Shown here piece by piece: positions 61,630 to 64,000 of a DNA stretch of 64,000 bases (within the stretch, counting starts at the first letter, position 1; every line of letters begins with the position of its first letter). Origin of the DNA: an uncultured Nitrososphaerota archaeon. Lineage in GTDB: Archaea > Korarchaeota > Korarchaeia > Korarchaeales > Korarchaeaceae. The notes below the pieces were generated by a model, which had not been told where the DNA came from, searched no databases, and saw only the letters and a list, made by a program, of their open reading frames with translations. The translations under genes and the position numbers were made by a program. The stretch covers positions 1 through 64,000 of the forward strand of contig CAZUBM010000008.1 of NCBI GenBank assembly GCA_964618805.1, written 5' to 3'.

Positions 61630-64000
61630 TCACCTTACTAAGGAGAGATACCCGGGTCTGGGTTCATATATATGCCCCTCTTCTCTGAGAACCCTCAAAT
61701 CCTTCTCAACGATCTCCTCTTTTATCCCAAGCAACCTGGCTGTCTCTTGAATGAATTCAACTTTAGGAACAGGTCCTTTTCGATCCTCTTCCATCTCCCT
61801 TAAGAACTCAATTTCCTTAGCGCGCCTTTCAGCCTCAGATATGTATTTTCCAGCCATAATTCCATATATGTCATATCTTCCGCTTACTACATCATATCCC
61901 ACAGTACTTAGCATTATTTTCATTAGTTCGATGGCTTCCTTAGCATCCTCTTCCGTAACCTCCCTTCTCAAAAACATTTTTGCTCTGGCCTCACTTAGCC
62001 TAATTAAGGCCTCTAGTTGTCTGGGTGTGATTGCAACCGATTCAAATGCCATTTCTTGCTCTCTCTTCATGCTCATTTTTCTCATCTCTAAGTAAAACTG
62101 TTTGATCAATTCTGCAGCCTTCTCGGACATCACTGGGCGGATCTTCTTTCTGGCATATGTAACATACTTTTCTAGAAGATCTGGAGGGATTGGAGGCTCG
62201 GCTTCTTTACCTGTTCCTGCTCTGAGAGATAGGATATGATCTGCTATTTTCTCGTCGAGAGCTGCGTCTGGAATATCTCTAATTACAAAAATTAAGTCAA
62301 AACGTGAGAGAATTGTTGGCGGTAAGTTGATGTTCTCTGCCACCGACAGATCTGCATCATAACGACCTCTCTTCGGATTTGCAGCAGCTATGATCGTAGT
62401 TCTTGCATTTAAAGTTGCTACTATTCCTGCTTTTGCTATCGACACCGTGTTGTGAAGGACAACTCCATGAGATACGAAGTTGTGCGTTGGCTCTACTGTG
62501 ACATCATATACCCATTTTGTTGCATGATCTCCCTTGTTTGGAATTATTTCAACACTTTCTATGGATATGAGACCGAGACCTCCATCTGCCACAATGAGTG
62601 GCTCTCCGATTTCCTTTACAAGAACTCCCTTATTTTGGAAAGTTCTCAGGAGATTTGAGCTGCATCCATCTAAGACCTCTTTAACAAATAGAGATATATG
62701 TTTTGGCTCTATTTGGATCCTGTAATTCGTAGAATGTCCATTTTCAAGAGGTTCAAGTAATTTTGAACGAACACCAAACCTCAATAAGAGATCTTGATAG
62801 TCTTCAGCTAATCCACGTGAGGGTAATTCTATCCAAATAGAATCATTTGATACCTTTCCATAATTTGAAAAGGCTCTCCTAACCACCTCTTTTGCTAAGG
62901 AGGATTCTATTCTGAAGATCTCAGGTGGCAATCTTTTCAGTTTTAAGCATCTTTCTGGTGAAACTTTACTCAAGTCAGCCGCATTTGTATCACTGAAAGA
63001 TGATCTCCACAATTCGGGAAGCTTATTAACACCCAATGTTAGCATTCCGCTTTTAATTTCGATAGCTGGCTTTGTAACCAACACATTTTCATCATAAACA
63101 AAAACTGGATGTTCTGGAGTCACGATAACCTCTCTACCATTTGAAAACTTCAACCTAACTAGATAAGGTGGTGCTTCGTGCCTACTTACTCGGTCAATTC
63201 TTGATCTTTTTATCTCATAAGTATTAAGATCAACGGTGAATATCTCAACTGGTCGATCAAGAGGTAATATCTGGCAATTAATCCCTTTAACGACTTTTTC
63301 TCGATTTTTTTCCATAAGTTCGTCTACAAATTGTCCAATTGGTCTTTTAGTTCCGTCTGCAAAGAATATCTCGGTTGAGGGGTGGTAAGATTGCTGTTCC
63401 ATAGCCTCATGAATGGCTCTTCTATCATCTTCATTCATCTTGTCGAACTCATCTATGCAAGCAATCCCTCCATCTGCTATCACGAGGGCACCAGCCTCTA
63501 ACGTCCAGCCACCAGTTGCTGGTTCTCTAATCACAGCTGCTGTTAGGCCAGCTGCTGTAGATCCTTTTCCAGTAGTATACAAGCCTCTTGGAGAGACTTC
63601 TGCTGCATACTTCAAAAATTGGCTGTTATGGACTACAAATCCGTTTGCTATGAAGTTCCTTGTACCAGGGACCTCAATATCATACACCCAATTCTCTTGC
63701 CTCCTTATCTCTCTTATTTCAACTACTCGATCCCAGTCTATCGTAGACTCAGAGATATGATCTAAGAGATCCAAATCTTTCTTTATGGATAAGAGCTCAG
63801 TCCTCTTGAAGGTAGAAGATCTTCTCTTTAACTCCTTTTTGAGCGCCCTAGAAATCTTCTTTAGATGTTCCTTAGGAACCTTTGAAATTCCGAGCTCATA
63901 TCTTCTAAGCAAGTAGGGTTTGATCTCAGTTAACGACGCAAGAGTTGATCTAGGGATCTTCATCTCTTCTCTAATCCTCTTTACAAGTTTTCCTACACGA
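61630..64000 (-). CDS. mcm: MCM replicative helicase (5' part outside the window) with at least two inteins
   Basis: [77 protein letters not shown]; the frame is open to the window end. Confidence 0.95.
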   Translation of the reverse strand, partial: RVGKLVKRIREEMKIPRSTLASLTEIKPYLLRRYELGISKVPKEHLKKISRALKKELKRRSSTFKRTELLSIKKDLDLLDHISESTIDWDRVVEIREIRRQENWVYDIEVPGTRNFIANGFVVHNSQFLKYAAEVSPRGLYTTGKGSTAAGLTAAVIREPATGGWTLEAGALVIADGGIACIDEFDKMNEDDRRAIHEAMEQQSYHPSTEIFFADGTKRPIGQFVDELMEKNREKVVKGINCQILPLDRPVEIFTVDLNTYEIKRSRIDRVSRHEAPPYLVRLKFSNGREVIVTPEHPVFVYDENVLVTKPAIEIKSGMLTLGVNKLPELWRSSFSDTNAADLSKVSPERCLKLKRLPPEIFRIESSLAKEVVRRAFSNYGKVSNDSIWIELPSRGLAEDYQDLLLRFGVRSKLLEPLENGHSTNYRIQIEPKHISLFVKEVLDGCSSNLLRTFQNKGVLVKEIGEPLIVADGGLGLISIESVEIIPNKGDHATKWVYDVTVEPTHNFVSHGVVLHNTVSIAKAGIVATLNARTTIIAAANPKRGRYDADLSVAENINLPPTILSRFDLIFVIRDIPDAALDEKIADHILSLRAGTGKEAEPPIPPDLLEKYVTYARKKIRPVMSEKAAELIKQFYLEMRKMSMKREQEMAFESVAITPRQLEALIRLSEARAKMFLRREVTEEDAKEAIELMKIMLSTVGYDVVSGRYDIYGIMAGKYISEAERRAKEIEFLREMEEDRKGPVPKVEFIQETARLLGIKEEIVEKDLRVLREEGHIYEPRPGYLSLVR
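62449..63390 (-). mobile_element. Intein (314 aa) in mcm after EAMEQQ; Ser1 start, degenerate endonuclease
   Basis: [10 protein letters not shown] block A, VTPEHPVF block B, VYDVTV block F, VLHN C-terminus with +1 Thr; block H-like [14 protein letters not shown] but no intact LAGLIDADG motif. Confidence 0.9.
63625..64000 (-). mobile_element. C-terminal part of an intein in the mcm Walker A site
   Basis: WDRVVEI...[21 protein letters not shown] followed by +1 Ser (SQFL); N-terminus outside the window. Confidence 0.9.

Noticed and set aside
1-64000. CRISPR array, rRNA, intact transposase, and the many short opposite-strand ORFs in the track
   Set aside because: No regularly spaced repeats, rRNA-like tract or transposase motifs were seen; the short ORFs lie antisense to or inside well-supported genes.

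Overview
Archaeal chromosomal segment, probably a TACK-lineage archaeon. This is inferred from crenactin, Alba, class I LysRS, archaeosine TGT, TBP/TFB, a BHB tRNA intron and a multi-OB RPA. Most of the window is housekeeping: R15P isomerase, RtcA, RPA, AsnRS, UbiD, HflX, agmatinase, porDAB, a complete A-type ATP synthase split into two convergent units, thermosome, RpoK/RpoP, Alba, LysRS, TBP, TFB, aIF1, TGT, TrmI, PurB, Hel308 and an intein-containing MCM truncated by the window end. There are two tRNAs: Leu(UAA) and Pro(GGG), the latter with an intron inside the anticodon. Three accessory or decayed patches are present: 1-7.3 kb (form IV RuBisCO-like cassette flanked by direct repeats, plus protease and toxin remnants), about 21.9-22.5 kb, and 30.2-32.5 kb (integrase remnant plus an HdrD-like gene). 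The most striking observations are (1) an intact form III-like RuBisCO paralog that has lost essentially all catalytic residues and lies tail-to-tail with ribose-1,5-bisphosphate isomerase, (2) a 531-aa homing-endonuclease intein in the TPP-binding motif of PorB, and (3) a GC-rich multi-branched leader RNA with possible anti-SD pairing upstream of a small wHTH gene. All assignments come from motif recognition by eye; no searches were run.
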